This document shows positions 61,433-64,000 of a stretch of 64,000 nt of DNA, piece after piece. The stretch's first letter is position 1. Every line of letters starts with the position of its first letter. A model generated the notes under the pieces. It was not told the DNA's origin, did not search any database, and worked only from the letters and a program-made list of their open reading frames with translations. Source of the DNA: Okamejei kenojei (lineage: Eukaryota); assembly GCA_035221665.1 (NCBI GenBank), contig CM069135.1, positions 92,380,001 through 92,444,000 on the forward strand, written 5' to 3'. The translations under genes and the position numbers were made by a program.

Positions 61433-64000
61433 CTGAAAGAAACGAGAAGGGAGAGAAACAAGTTATGGCAACAGTTTTACCAAATCAAAGTTGCAAAAAA
61501 CAGAAGAAACTAATGGAATCAGTTTCAAGTACGTCAAAGTTAGAATTAGTCTGGAGCCAACTATGGAACCTCTGCAAACGAGGTTGGAAAGAAGAAACAA
61601 AAATGGTGTGCAGCTGTGTTCACAGCCGCCTCGGGAAAGAAAGCACACCAGTGGTGGGGAAAGACAGGGTGGAGATACTCAATGGTTTCATGGATAAGGC
61701 AGAGGTAGTGGTTATCTGAAATTATACCCCATCTTACCACGCTTACAACTGCTGGAGGTGCGATGCTACAAGGTGCTGGAATCGAAGATGTGATTACTCC
61801 ACGGAGATTGTATATCGAAAGAAGAGAATTATCTGTCACGAAGATCAGGACAAAATCTGGTCTCTTATAGCCAGTTCGGTATCAAGGGTTTTCTGCCTTC
61901 GATTGGGAGTTGAAGCTGATCTAGCACTCTCTCTCAATGAGAACGTGGATGCCCTTTGAAGAAGAAACATGAGATTTGAGTGACAAGAAGAACAGATGAA
62001 AGAAGAGAGGAGGCGACAATGAAGAAGAGTATGAGGTGTGAAATCAACAGCTGGAATTAGACACGAAGATGGCGTCCCCCCCCCCCCCTGTGACAAAGAT
62101 CTAAGAAGGAGATATTGGGAAAATGAGGGTTCTAGATCGCAGCTCCAGCTCTGAGCTATCGAGAAGACGATGAAACTCTCGGACCAAGATGAAAAAATAA
62201 CTGCTCCAAGTGAGTTGTCAGCAGTTGGATCCAACATTCGCACAATTGAGAAACCATCGGAATGCATGAGCTTTTGAAATCTCAGCCATTGATACAGAGA
62301 GGATGGGTCAAATTTCATGAGTCAGCAAATGAAGTGCTAGATCGAAACTAAACTACTTATGTAGCATCTGTTAGATGCCTCAAACCTAACCAATAGCAGA
62401 CTACATCTTTTCCCACGGACTGGTGCACAGGCTCGAAGACAAGCCCAGTTTGAGCCAAAGGCCTGTCTAATCGTCCATTGGAAACCAAGCCAAGATTATC
62501 AGAATGGATTATTTGCATGGGCGAATAGGCAAGATGAATTCAACCAGATCAGAGCTCGACAAAAAAATCGCTCTCGACTCCTCCACCAGCAGAAATTTCC
62601 TACATTAGGTGATGGAGATCTTTGTGGTATGAAGCTTTCATAAGGGCCTTGATAGAAACAGTATTGAGAGAATGAAAAATTAAGGAATGAATTGGAAAGC
62701 ACTTACGGATTAGATCTGGTTGAAAGTACACAAGCAGGAGATGTTTCAAGGTACTATGTAGAGAAAGTTGTTCAAAGTATGAGCCTGACAGCCACCAAGG
62801 GGCTGTAAGAGAGACAAATGAAGGTATACTTAAGAAACGTTTTGGATAATATGAAACAGAGAATTGCACTAACGCATTTGAGTATCATGCGAGAAGGCCC
62901 AATGCTAGTTGGGATAATAATATCAAGCCAGAAGATGGGGCAGGCATTGAGTATAATGATATATTCATGAGGGTGGGCAGCTCGATGAAAAATTCTCGCC
63001 CCTCATGGAAGAAATGAATCTTGCAAGTTAATGCTAGAGTTCATCATTAGTTAAACTTGCCCATAGAGACTGAGAGAAAGGTTGGAGAGATGAAGCAGGA
63101 GGAATATTAGATAAGAGGAAAGCAAGTAGCCAAGCTACCAGAACCTGGTGAAACACTTTTTGGGACAATGGAAAGTACGGTACATGTTAGAGCCACACCA
63201 GGGGATATTGAAAGATCATAAACCAATTTGCAAATCTGAGCAAAGGTTTCTACCTTTACCAAAAACCAGAAGAAAGATCAGAACTATAAGAGAAGTAGTT
63301 TTGCTATCACACTATAATACATGTGGAATGCAAGGAGATGTATCTACTAAACAAGCAAATAGTATTTTGTTTGTCTATGTGATGAAGTTGGTCACACATA
63401 AGATATAGTGTCGAAGATTCAAGATGAAAAGAATATGAAGAAAAGATGGATGTTTCTTGAAAGAGACGGGAATCTGTTTTTGGGAATGTTTGATGAAAAG
63501 GACATATGGTGATGAGACTGTAGGAGTTCCTATTAATTTGTTATAAGCATTGCAAGCAAATATCATCCTGAAGCACTTCACACTGCAAATAATCTCAAAA
63601 GCAAATAGAAGAGGAAGAACGGTACAAATACAAGAAGAGCTATCAGAGCAAATGGAAGAGGAATGAAACAGGAGCAAACGGATAAACAGAAGAAGAGAAC
63701 GCTAACATACTAGTGATGCTAGAGTCACCTCGCCAGATCAAGTAACTGTTCATGTTGGGGCGCGGGGTTGAAGCTTGTTATCTTTTAACCTAGATCTTAC
63801 CAGTACAGGTAAATGAATAAGACCAGTCGAATTACAGTGTTGCTAAGATAGAGATGCTTTAGTTTGGATCACGGAAGTTTAGATTTATGACTTTTGAGAG
63901 GGCACAGAGGTATGAAACAAGTCTACTTGAGAGATAAGAGACTACGATTTGATTGCGTCCACAAAATACCATGAAATAAGAGAATAGGAGCATGTGTACA
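61433..64000 (+). mobile_element. BEL/Pao LTR retrotransposon gag-protease region, indel-rich, runs off the window
   Basis: Frame-broken motifs PT..DGD..YEAFIRA, IKPEDG.AL, KLP.RLRERW, FLKETGICF.CL.KGH...C..C...HP..LH and an LDHGS-like protease site; no LTR seen. Confidence 0.65.

Overview
Repeat-dense vertebrate genomic DNA, most likely elasmobranch (skate/ray/shark). This is inferred from HE1-like V-SINEs with (CTAAA)n tails, HER1/CR1-type LINE 3' ends and abundant Penelope-like terminal repeats. I recognise no host protein-coding gene. The window is a stack of nested transposable elements: two DIRS1-type tyrosine-recombinase retrotransposons (ITR/ICR termini; RT, RNase H, methyltransferase-like and YR domains), a Mag-type Gypsy with both LTRs and a 5-bp TSD, a second Gypsy whose PBS position matches its own LTR instead of a tRNA end, a Copia with a half-tRNAiMet-type PBS, the gag-protease part of a BEL/Pao element, one full-length and two partial L1s, Rex1/Babar, CR1 and RTE-derived pieces, an IR/DR Tc1 (DD34E), Harbinger- and hAT-like MITEs, and about nine short Penelope-derived repeats with a minimal hammerhead-ribozyme-like core. 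No element has intact full-length coding sequence. From about 40 kb onward the damage is mostly indels and may partly be sequencing error. Most listed ORFs are TE fragments or spurious. Coordinates fixed by TSDs, LTRs or TIRs were read directly; other boundaries are approximate.
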